IMG/VR virus record: IMGVR_UViG_2893967813_000002
Span: 12,653-76,652 of that record
DNA length: 64,000 bases
Source: a virus
Taxonomy: Duplodnaviria > Caudoviricetes
Reading direction: 5' to 3' (one strand)
This document shows positions 17,877-27,063 of the stretch, piece by piece. The notes beneath the pieces were generated by a model. It had not been told where the DNA came from and did not search any database. It was given only the letters and a program-made list of their open reading frames with translations. Every line of letters starts with the position of its first letter. The first letter of the stretch is position 1. The position numbers and the translations under genes are program-made.

Positions 17877-17905
17877 AGAGGGAGCAGCCTTACGGCTCTC
17901 CCTCT
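17877..17905 (-). terminator. GC-rich hairpin with GTAA loop after the target gene (terminator and/or DGR target-recognition hairpin)
   Basis: Minus strand AGAGGGAGAGCC-GTAA-GGCTGCTCCCTCT followed by TTCTTTATT. Confidence 0.7.
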
Positions 17906-17935
17906 GACGTTTTTTACGAACTCACGAGTTCCGCT

Positions 17936-20900
17936 CTATTCTATAATAACGAATTTTCCGCGGAAGGCGAGCCGACCACCGTAGTACGTGCTCGAGTACG
18001 AAGATGCGTAGTTCGCGCTCGCATAAGCGAGACCGGAGCTCGCATTCGAGTTGTAGCCAGACCGAAGAACACAGCGGCCTCTACTACCACTCATCCAGAA
18101 ACCGGCAGCATAATGGGTCACATACATGCTTGTGTCTGTCTTGTGAACTCGACTCGGAAGGACATCACATTTCGCTCCATGTACGATACGCACAACACAA
18201 TTCCCGTTGGATGATTCAACCGTTTTGACTGTGCGCTCCGTTTTTGTAACAGGGTCGTAAATATGAGCGGTGTAATCAATCGGATATGAACTGTCATTCT
18301 CCGTACATTTGGCTTTATAAAAATCTTCATAAGTCGGGACATTGAACGCAATGTAGTCCATCCATTCGGAATCACAGCCTACATAGTGCTTTAATCCCAA
18401 AATGGAGTTAAGGTTGTTCCCTACATTATAGGAATCTCCCATACCAACGTTATCCTGTTTGTTCAGGATAGCGTCATGCACACCGTTGCCGACTACCGAC
18501 TGTTCATTGGTCGTTCCGTTCAACGCCCACCACAAGTTACTGACTTCTTTGTGCTGCTCGTAGTCCTGCAACTGGTAGCCCGGTCCTCTCATGCGGCAGA
18601 TATTCTGAAAGTCCTTGGCAGTGTAGTTCAATGTGCCGATTGGCATTTCAAGCGGATTGCCCTCACTGTCATATTTCCATTCATTTGAGGTTACGGATGT
18701 TCCGTTACCTTTCTTTGAACGTACATCGCCGGATAGGCTTCTCGGCATCTTCAAGCCGTCTATGGTGATTGGATAGACACCGATAAGGCTGTCATTGTCG
18801 CCTACGGTATGCTCTGTCCATTCAGGTTCTATGGCTTCGATGTTGTCACTGTCCACAGTCAGACACTCAATGTCCCCGATGTCACGGAAAGAGGTGAAGT
18901 AAAACCACTTTGCACCGCTTGGCACATCGCAGAAGATGTAATCTCCAATGGAGAAGTCAAAATAAGTGTGGCTGACAGACATGATGAATATGCTTATCGC
19001 TCGGTTGTTCTCGTCCGTGAAGACACCTCCGAGGCGCGCATGATTCAATCCCGGCCATCTTACCTGCTTCATGCCTTTCACATCCATCCTGTAACTGTTG
19101 GTGTTGGATGCGGTGGCTATCACATCCTCGCTCAGAATTTCACCGATAACGGCATCATTCGCATAAACACCGGTATTTTCCCGGTATAGCAGCTCTGACA
19201 GCTTCGCCTTTTTGCTATGCAACGCAGTTGAAAGCGGTTCGGATTCAGTAACGGACGGAATGTAATATTTCGCCTGGTTCTTGTAGTCATTCACTCCCTT
19301 GTACCAATGATGAGGGGCGTGCCAAAATATGTCAAAGCCCTCTCCTGCAGAATCGGACACATCAAAACTGCTTCCATCTTTCAGGTAGTTGAAATCCGTA
19401 TCGCTTACCTGTACGCCTTCCATTTGGTTCTTCTTGGTGTTGTAAGAACATTTATAGGCATGGCATCCTTTCTGTATGGCAAGCATATGTCCGCTCGGAA
19501 TGTAGGTATTCCCATAATCCGCCCCGGTCTTGTTTTCCGGATTGCTGTACCTTTCACAAGAATCACTCTCCACAACATCGCTGATTTTTACGATGGAAAA
19601 TTGAGAGTTGTGAAGTTCAAGTTGGGGAAAATAGGCAGCAAACGCATTTATTTCGTCTGTTTCCACAAGTTCGCTCAATATCCAACGGCCGGTAATACCG
19701 CTACACTGTTCCTTTTCATCATAAGCATTTCCGTTTGCGTCAAGCCCGATTGCGCCGCTTTCCTTAATGGAACGCAACAGTCCGACACTGGCGGTTGCAT
19801 TCACATTGGGAATCCGGACGGTCTTTAGCGCACTCGCATTGACTATCTGTTCCAATAGCGTCATGGCATCTACATACGGACACTCATTGACAAATATCTT
19901 TGTTATCTTGGCTACACCACCGAGCGTCAGTCCGCCGGGATAGGTAAGGTTGGGCAGGTTGTTCAGCACGAGTTCCGTTATTGTTTCCGGAAGCGTAAGT
20001 TTGTCTATCGGCGATGTTTCAGCCAGTGTGATGGCAGAAAGTCCAGTATTGTCGGCATATACGGAAACCAGACGAGGACACTTCGATGCGTTGACGGTCT
20101 GCACTTCTGTGTTGCGCACATCAAGAATGCGCAAGAACGGCATATCACCCAAATCAAGGTTGGTCATATAGCCTGTGTTACCGGGCGACATCGTCCAGTT
20201 ACCATGCGATTCTCCGCCCACATACAATTCCTGCAACAACGACATCTTGGGCAATGTGTTTCCAAATTGGGGGTCGATACTGATTTCACTCAAATCAAGC
20301 ATACTCATGCGGTCTGCCTGATAGATGTATAGCATAATGTTTTCTCCGTGTTGAAAGTTTGTGAAAACACCTTCTTCTCCGGCTTTCAGGTAAATGCCTT
20401 CCGTGATATTTCCGCTGTCATTACCAATGCCAAAATATCCGCTCTTTGCTGCCTTGAAACGGATGACGGCACCTTCTTTTGCACCGATACGTCCACCGAT
20501 ATAACCACTCTCCGCCTTGAAGTCGCCGCAGCGGTAGTAGCCGTCACGGATGCGCCAACGTTGTTCAATAAATGCCGGTAGTGAGGTTAGACCCAAGCCT
20601 TGCAGGGCATAGAAATAAAGGTCGCTGTACCCTGTATATTTAATATACTTGCGTTCTCCGTCATAGCTTGATACCACTTTCTGCCATTTCTTCAAGCGTT
20701 CTGTCACGAAATAGTGCATAGCCCCTTTAGGTGAGAAAGGACCCGCGCCTATACCGAGCGTGTCAGGCAGGGAGCGCATGGTGTCGGCTATGGCCGACAA
20801 GGTAATGGTATTGCCGTTTTGGTCAACTTCCATAGTCTGCTGTCCTCTTATATCGTTCCACAGCACAGAACCTCGTCCTGCGTATGCACTGTTTGTCAAA

Positions 20901-23900
20901 TCGCCGGGGTCAACTTCCGGGTCAATGGTCTGCCCTCCGTCATTGTCCTTTCCGTTGCAGGTGTCGCAGTCATATACCTTGTTGCAGTACATCCGTCTTG
21001 CCTCCATACCGTTTACACCGCTATATATACCGTCTTTCACGCTGCATCCGTCCTCCAAGAAGAACATGGGCTGCATATTCTTCGCCTGTTGGTCAACGGC
21101 GGCAAGGTAGTCGGTAAACAGGTAGTACGATACCAACGAATAAGGACTGATGTATTTCCACATCTTCGTCTTCCATATCTCCTGCCATTTTCCTGCAAGT
21201 TCTTCCTTGGCATAGTCGCAGCTGTCGCAGAATTTCAGCACCTGATACAGGTCGAACGGCACTTTCCGTCCCATGGCCAGGTCTATCTGCAACTGCTCAT
21301 CGTCAATCATACACTCGAAGTAACGTGTCCACATCGGGTAGGTTTCCTGTCCAAGTTTCAGTTTGGTAACCCAAGAGGCCTCGGCGGTGGTCGGCTCCAT
21401 CATGTCGGCAACACTTCCCACTCCCTGCCACCAGTTCATGGCATCATAGGTCAGAAGTTCGTAACCGCTCACGGGGTTAAGTACTTTCCCGGTAATCTGC
21501 CATTTGCCACCAACCTGTTTCATTTCTCCGGTTTGTGCAGTCCATTCACCTCTCTCATATGCCATAAAGCGATAATCCTGTCCGCAATACAATGATAAAA
21601 GATATAGTTTATCCTTATTTGTTGTTCCATCATTCTTGAAACGAGTTTCTATCTGGTCAAGATTCTCTCCTTCTTTACCGAAGTATTCTACAAAGTCTCC
21701 ATAATTGATGCAACCTTTATTGTATCCGGGAGTATCTTTAAAACCAAGCGCAACCTGTTCTCCTTTGTCTTCTTTCCAGTTTCCTTTGGCGTGAAACCAT
21801 GCATCGGTAAGGCTTTCTTGTGTCGCACGGAATGCGGCAATGGGATGATTGGCTGTCGAATGGTTCATCTGCAATCCTTTCAACGAGACATCGCTTTTGG
21901 TCCAAGTGCCGTCAAATGCACGCTGTGCCGGAGTAAGGTAATCACTGCCAAGAGCACGGAAAGTGGCATTCATCAGGTCGCATACACCGCAGTCGTTTGC
22001 CCCGGAACTGTCAGAATAGTCCACCTTTACTGTGATAATCTTCACAGGAATAGTATTTTCTCCTACACGCACATAGCCTATTTTCATAAGTTCGTATGAA
22101 ATTCGGGCATCTTCGTTGTCATAGTCCGGGTAGATAGGTGTAACTTCCCAACCTTCATTTTTCTGAAGATAGAAGCGGTCGTTCTTGATAGGTCGCTTTG
22201 CCGATGTTGTTCCCTGTCTTCTCCATTGTACATTGATTGCCTTGAAACTTCTCCATGGTCGTTTCGGGTCGTAGTAGAATAGTGTACATTTGAATTTCTT
22301 GCTCGTATCTATGTCACCGTCAAATGTGTCAAAGGTCTGCTGGTCTGCCACCACCACATAATAAGGCATTCCCTTGGCAGAAAGGGCTTCTATGGTGGGG
22401 CGGTTTTGCGTGTCAAGCACGTTCTCTTTCTCGTATTCCACAACCATGGCAGTGGTGTCTGTCAGTTTGCACAAGTAGTTTTGGAACGCCTGTGCCCATT
22501 CATAATGACTCTCGTAGGCAAGCATATAGTACAGGTATAGGTCTCCTTCCGTACCGTTGAACGTAACGGTTCTGTTGTTAAGGATTGCACCACTGTCACT
22601 GATATAACCGATACAGCCCACTTCTTCTCCGTTCAAATACAACTTCATGCAGGAGTAATTGCTTCCACCCCGTGATACATAAATGGTGGACGGTTCGACA
22701 ACTACTGCCATCGTGATTTTCTCGCCAGAGCGAAAGCTGCGCTCAACTAAGGCAGGCTGTCCTGTTTTACAGTAGATAGCAGCTTTGTTGCCGCATACAT
22801 AGAAACCTGCACCGCTATCAGGGTCATAACACTCTATGAGTTTTGAATCTGCTTCCTTGATGTTCTTGGTGGCAAATGCGAATTGGACGGCACAACCTGT
22901 AGTCCGTTCGGTGGCAGAGTTCCCGAAAGGGTAGTAATCCAATATCTCCGCTTTCACATTCTCTGCTATGCGAAGGCATCGTTCGCCCAAGTAGTCCACG
23001 AATCCGTTGCTTGACCAGTTTGCGCCCCTTACATCCATAGTTATGCCGTTGTTTTCTATGGTATGGTCGCTCTCGCTGTTGCTGCGCGCGGAAAAATCAT
23101 ATCCGAACAAAGCTCCGTCCTTGATGGCCATGTCAATGGCACTCCCTTTTACAATTACCTTGATTTCATTGGTGGACACATTTCCGCTCTTGGCATGTAC
23201 GGTAATGCTCTGGCTTCCGTCCGTGCTGTATCCGCTTATCTGCTTGTTCACGGTAAGCGTTTCGGCAATCATGGCTTCCACGGATGTCACTTTCTCATCG
23301 TCATAGAAGACATCCACGTGCGTTTCCGTTTTACCCGATGTGTATGCTGCGACCTCTATGGTAAGGTTATCATACAGGCGGAGCGTACCGTTGTTGGTGT
23401 CGTTGAACCGGATTGCCACGATAGGAGTGGTGTCCTCGGCATCAATACACATGATAGCAGAGTAAATGGTATTGCCCCTTACTCCTGATTTGTTTTCCGT
23501 TCCGTAAATGCGTACCGGGTATGCCCCATGTGTCATCCGTTCGCCGCCGCCGAATACATTACTCGGATTGATGGATATGCTCTTGGTGTAACTGTCATTG
23601 ACTGTTGCCTCTCCCAGTTTCTTCCATTCCCCGTTGTAGAGCATTTCCACTGTGGCACGTATGGATGAGGTGTTGTTTGGGAATTTGTAGAACTGTCCTA
23701 TATTTTTTGCTGTGCCTCCTACGGTCAATGCGGTGCTGCTTGTGTAGTTGAGCGGCATAGGCTGTTCAACTGTAATATCCACAGCAACAATGGTAATGGC
23801 TTTCTTCTTGGTGTTCCCGTCCGCATCGGTAGCCTGAACAAAGAAACTCTTGGATGCGGCACTGCTGAAGTACTCAGTAAAGTCAAGTTCAAACTTGTAG

Positions 23901-25876
23901 TCCGTTGCACTTGCTGAGCCGGTTTCGTTCATTGCCTCGCTATACAGGGTAAGTCCTGTGCTTGCATCAATGATTGAAACATTACGGATAACGCCAAGCA
24001 CTTCGTTACCGTCCGGGTAACTGACACTACGCAAAGCTACATTAATTTTTATCTCGGAACCGAACGCCACAATGGGGGCGGCTTCCTCAAAGTAGATGGA
24101 CAGGGTGCTGTCCTCGCTCGAACCTCCGCCTCCTCCATTTTTCGGAATCTTAAGTACTACATCTTCTATCTGTCCCCCGTTCAGGTTCACGGCTTTGTAG
24201 TAGATATATTCCTCATCGCTTTCTTCGTCAAATCCTCCGATTGATTTTTCCTGCATGGCGTATGCGCCTCCTGTGGAAAGGGCATCTTTCCCTCCTTCTT
24301 CCGGTTTATCGGATGTTTCCACGTTGCTTCCTCCGCCACCGAATGCTACCCATGGTTTCAAGTCCTCCGGTGTTATGTCGCTCGCTTCACGTGTAAATTG
24401 GTAGGTGAGCCACACGGGTGCACCGTTCTTGTCGCTTTCTGCAGTCTTGAACGTAAGGATGATACCGCTTTTAAGATAAACTTCCCCATTCTCCTTTTCA
24501 AAGTCTGACACGGCTTTGATGGCTGTTGACAAAGTGTATTCCACATTTCCGCACAGAGCATTTACATTGATTATATCGCCTATGCCCTTGCCACCACCTG
24601 CTCCGAAATCGCTCCAGTTGTTTTCTTTAAACCAGTCCGATGTATCAGTCCATTGTTTGGAAACCCATCCGGATTCCGTCAGGAAGGTCAATACAACACC
24701 TGGTATTTTCAATACCGGGGAATATTCGGGGGCGGAACACCGGTCAAGGGCAACGGAGAATGTTATCTCCCTGTCCGCAAGGTCAAACAGTTGGTTGACA
24801 TTCACAATGCTACGCGCCACGATTTGCTTGTTTTGCGAAAGTATGGTTTTCCTGTTTTCTTCCACCTGCTTGATGTCTTCCTGTAACTTCGCACCTTCAT
24901 CGCCGGGAAATGCCGTTGAACTTGTATGTCCGAGAGCGAGGTCTGAACCGATGACGGTCAGTTGCGTGCCGCTCCAACGGTAACTCTTTCCATCCTCTTT
25001 GCAGAGGAAAACTTTTCCTGAATAAGGAATCCGCCCATTCATGCTTACCGAACCGAAATTGTCGGCATCCAGCCAGTTGTTGTAATAGGTGGGGGCAGAA
25101 ACGGTTTCCCCTGTATTGGGAGCATACGAGATGACAAAGCAACCGTTGGTCTTGTCATAAACGACATTGCATCCCTCATCGGTGGAACTCTTGTCAAGGC
25201 TTGCCGTTTGGGTGGTAATACCGGTAACGATTTCCTGAAACTCAACCGCATCATCCACGTATGCGGGCAGGTGTCGGCTCGGTATCTTGCCCAGTTCGTC
25301 CAAAGGGGCAAGCCCGCCGTTTTCCCCCTTTGAGTTCTTGAATGTATTCAGCTGACCGCTGACTTCATTGGCTTTGTCACTTGCTTTTTTTGCTGTGTCT
25401 TTGACAGTATTGACTTGTCCTTGCAGTGAGTTGACGCTGTTTCCGAGAGTGGTCAGTTGTGTATCCTGTGCCTTGTCTTTTCCCTCAATGTCGGTCACAT
25501 CGTCTTGCAACTTGGTAATATCCTCCTGCAATTTTTCAATGGCTTCGTTATACTCTCCGCTGTCAATGGTCGGATTGCCGCCGCTATGCCCGGTCGGCAC
25601 CCATTCTCCGCCGTCGGCGACATATATCGGTGCAGGAAGAGAAGTTCCGACAAGTGCCCACCAGCCGTCATGCGGAAAAGGATAAGCTGCTTTTAACTTT
25701 TCAATGGTAGTGTACAGACCTTTTCCTGCTCCTTTGATATTTTTGGCTTCAAGCCAACCATCTACGACAACATTTCCTTTCAGATGGGTTTTCCCTTGGA
25801 CAGTGGCATCGCCTCCTATTGCCGTATTGCGACCTACTGATACATCACCATCTATATGCTTTGATTCGTAACTCAT
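17936..25876 (-). CDS. DGR target: 2646-aa tail adhesin/receptor-binding protein with C-terminal CLec-type VR
   Basis: VR in the last ~50 aa (RCVLRSG...GGRLAF); coiled coil, LamG-like, CotH-like and LRR segments recognised by motif. Confidence 0.88.
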   Translation of the reverse strand: MSYESKHIDGDVSVGRNTAIGGDATVQGKTHLKGNVVVDGWLEAKNIKGAGKGLYTTIEKLKAAYPFPHDGWWALVGTSLPAPIYVADGGEWVPTGHSGGNPTIDSGEYNEAIEKLQEDITKLQDDVTDIEGKDKAQDTQLTTLGNSVNSLQGQVNTVKDTAKKASDKANEVSGQLNTFKNSKGENGGLAPLDELGKIPSRHLPAYVDDAVEFQEIVTGITTQTASLDKSSTDEGCNVVYDKTNGCFVISYAPNTGETVSAPTYYNNWLDADNFGSVSMNGRIPYSGKVFLCKEDGKSYRWSGTQLTVIGSDLALGHTSSTAFPGDEGAKLQEDIKQVEENRKTILSQNKQIVARSIVNVNQLFDLADREITFSVALDRCSAPEYSPVLKIPGVVLTFLTESGWVSKQWTDTSDWFKENNWSDFGAGGGKGIGDIINVNALCGNVEYTLSTAIKAVSDFEKENGEVYLKSGIILTFKTAESDKNGAPVWLTYQFTREASDITPEDLKPWVAFGGGGSNVETSDKPEEGGKDALSTGGAYAMQEKSIGGFDEESDEEYIYYKAVNLNGGQIEDVVLKIPKNGGGGGSSEDSTLSIYFEEAAPIVAFGSEIKINVALRSVSYPDGNEVLGVIRNVSIIDASTGLTLYSEAMNETGSASATDYKFELDFTEYFSSAASKSFFVQATDADGNTKKKAITIVAVDITVEQPMPLNYTSSTALTVGGTAKNIGQFYKFPNNTSSIRATVEMLYNGEWKKLGEATVNDSYTKSISINPSNVFGGGERMTHGAYPVRIYGTENKSGVRGNTIYSAIMCIDAEDTTPIVAIRFNDTNNGTLRLYDNLTIEVAAYTSGKTETHVDVFYDDEKVTSVEAMIAETLTVNKQISGYSTDGSQSITVHAKSGNVSTNEIKVIVKGSAIDMAIKDGALFGYDFSARSNSESDHTIENNGITMDVRGANWSSNGFVDYLGERCLRIAENVKAEILDYYPFGNSATERTTGCAVQFAFATKNIKEADSKLIECYDPDSGAGFYVCGNKAAIYCKTGQPALVERSFRSGEKITMAVVVEPSTIYVSRGGSNYSCMKLYLNGEEVGCIGYISDSGAILNNRTVTFNGTEGDLYLYYMLAYESHYEWAQAFQNYLCKLTDTTAMVVEYEKENVLDTQNRPTIEALSAKGMPYYVVVADQQTFDTFDGDIDTSKKFKCTLFYYDPKRPWRSFKAINVQWRRQGTTSAKRPIKNDRFYLQKNEGWEVTPIYPDYDNEDARISYELMKIGYVRVGENTIPVKIITVKVDYSDSSGANDCGVCDLMNATFRALGSDYLTPAQRAFDGTWTKSDVSLKGLQMNHSTANHPIAAFRATQESLTDAWFHAKGNWKEDKGEQVALGFKDTPGYNKGCINYGDFVEYFGKEGENLDQIETRFKNDGTTNKDKLYLLSLYCGQDYRFMAYERGEWTAQTGEMKQVGGKWQITGKVLNPVSGYELLTYDAMNWWQGVGSVADMMEPTTAEASWVTKLKLGQETYPMWTRYFECMIDDEQLQIDLAMGRKVPFDLYQVLKFCDSCDYAKEELAGKWQEIWKTKMWKYISPYSLVSYYLFTDYLAAVDQQAKNMQPMFFLEDGCSVKDGIYSGVNGMEARRMYCNKVYDCDTCNGKDNDGGQTIDPEVDPGDLTNSAYAGRGSVLWNDIRGQQTMEVDQNGNTITLSAIADTMRSLPDTLGIGAGPFSPKGAMHYFVTERLKKWQKVVSSYDGERKYIKYTGYSDLYFYALQGLGLTSLPAFIEQRWRIRDGYYRCGDFKAESGYIGGRIGAKEGAVIRFKAAKSGYFGIGNDSGNITEGIYLKAGEEGVFTNFQHGENIMLYIYQADRMSMLDLSEISIDPQFGNTLPKMSLLQELYVGGESHGNWTMSPGNTGYMTNLDLGDMPFLRILDVRNTEVQTVNASKCPRLVSVYADNTGLSAITLAETSPIDKLTLPETITELVLNNLPNLTYPGGLTLGGVAKITKIFVNECPYVDAMTLLEQIVNASALKTVRIPNVNATASVGLLRSIKESGAIGLDANGNAYDEKEQCSGITGRWILSELVETDEINAFAAYFPQLELHNSQFSIVKISDVVESDSCERYSNPENKTGADYGNTYIPSGHMLAIQKGCHAYKCSYNTKKNQMEGVQVSDTDFNYLKDGSSFDVSDSAGEGFDIFWHAPHHWYKGVNDYKNQAKYYIPSVTESEPLSTALHSKKAKLSELLYRENTGVYANDAVIGEILSEDVIATASNTNSYRMDVKGMKQVRWPGLNHARLGGVFTDENNRAISIFIMSVSHTYFDFSIGDYIFCDVPSGAKWFYFTSFRDIGDIECLTVDSDNIEAIEPEWTEHTVGDNDSLIGVYPITIDGLKMPRSLSGDVRSKKGNGTSVTSNEWKYDSEGNPLEMPIGTLNYTAKDFQNICRMRGPGYQLQDYEQHKEVSNLWWALNGTTNEQSVVGNGVHDAILNKQDNVGMGDSYNVGNNLNSILGLKHYVGCDSEWMDYIAFNVPTYEDFYKAKCTENDSSYPIDYTAHIYDPVTKTERTVKTVESSNGNCVVRIVHGAKCDVLPSRVHKTDTSMYVTHYAAGFWMSGSRGRCVLRSGYNSNASSGLAYASANYASSYSSTYYGGRLAFRGKFVIIE
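17969..18078 (-). repeat. DGR variable repeat (VR)
   Basis: 103/110 identical to TR; the 7 mismatches are all TR-adenine positions. Confidence 0.96.
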
Positions 25877-26511
25877 ATTAATACAGATTTTGCCAATTCG
25901 TTCAATGCGGAACTTTTCTCCGCATCACCGAATGTCGTTAATACTAATGCAGCTATGGTATATACCACAGCGTTGTAACATCGTCCGCAAATTTCTATCG
26001 CACCGTATTTGTCAATCTTCGGATAAGGTAGATATACGGCACGGCTTACTTTTGCTTCTGTTGTTTTGCATGAATAAAATTCCATCACTCTTCCTTCCGG
26101 GCGTATGGATATGGCACAGACAGGGCGTTGGTACGTTCCCCTGATACCTTTGAATCGGGAAGATTGTCTTGCATATTCCGGGTCATCGGTATTTATGGGA
26201 TAAAATACTGCACGTTTCCAGTCATCCATTTGGAAAACGACAAAACGCATGAAATCCTCCGGAAGCAGTATCCATCCGCTTTCATGCTCTTTCCAAAATA
26301 TAGCATCACCGAAGTTGTGTCCGCCGTCAAGCAGATAGGGAGGTGCGGAACTGTGTACACGCTTCACGGCTTCCACAATCTTGGACTTGATGATGTCGTT
26401 GAGTGCAAGCGTGTCCACATCACCGATTGCTGCCAATGTGTCACTTACCATGTTTTGGTCAAGTGCGATACGGACATCTTTCGCTATGTCGTCAAGTTGA
26501 TAGACTGTCAT
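25873..26511 (-). CDS. Head-tail connector-like virion protein (inferred)
   Basis: 212 aa between capsid and adhesin genes; LPEDFMRFV...W pattern. Confidence 0.5.
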   Translation of the reverse strand: MTVYQLDDIAKDVRIALDQNMVSDTLAAIGDVDTLALNDIIKSKIVEAVKRVHSSAPPYLLDGGHNFGDAIFWKEHESGWILLPEDFMRFVVFQMDDWKRAVFYPINTDDPEYARQSSRFKGIRGTYQRPVCAISIRPEGRVMEFYSCKTTEAKVSRAVYLPYPKIDKYGAIEICGRCYNAVVYTIAALVLTTFGDAEKSSALNELAKSVLI

Positions 26512-26525
26512 ACTCTTTTATCCGG

Positions 26526-26993
26526 TTATGACAATCCCTCAAACTCAATTCCGTTTGCGGCTGCCTGTTCAGTAATTGCTTTCATGCTGCGCATGGCTGT
26601 TCGGCTGATGCCGAATGTATCGGCAAGATAATCTTTTGCTGCGGACAGGTCGCTCACTTTCACTTTTTTCAGGGTTGGGTCATTTCCATCTGTGGTTTCT
26701 CCGTCCTGACTGTCTTCTCCTGTTACTTGGTTATCGACAGTTGGAATTTCTTTATCTTGCAGATTTTCTTCTGTTTTTGCATTTATCTTTTCACTTTCAT
26801 CCTGCATACTGTGTAGCCGGAACAACTTTCCAAAATTGTAATGTTTTTCGATGGCACGCATTATGTCCTCGTTGTCTGTTGTAAACAGGCTGCTACCGTT
26901 AGACAGAGGTGTGAACGAAATATGCAGGTTCTTCTTACTTGGAAGCACTACGTTGATACTCACGTTGGTGTTCGCTTTATAGGTTTTAATCAT
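26526..26993 (-). CDS. Hypothetical protein downstream of capsid
   Basis: MIKTYKANTNVSINV...AAANGIEFEGLS. Confidence 0.6.
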   Translation of the reverse strand: MIKTYKANTNVSINVVLPSKKNLHISFTPLSNGSSLFTTDNEDIMRAIEKHYNFGKLFRLHSMQDESEKINAKTEENLQDKEIPTVDNQVTGEDSQDGETTDGNDPTLKKVKVSDLSAAKDYLADTFGISRTAMRSMKAITEQAAANGIEFEGLS

Positions 26994-27011
26994 ATACTTG
27001 TAAATTAAAAA

Positions 27012-27036
27012 GGGATGGGACTCCTTATCCCATCCC
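27012..27036 (-). terminator. Intrinsic terminator after capsid gene
   Basis: GGGATGGGA-7nt-TCCCATCCC then TTTTAATT on the minus strand. Confidence 0.75.
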
Positions 27037-27063
27037 CGGTTATTGATTTCTTTTTGTGGATTA

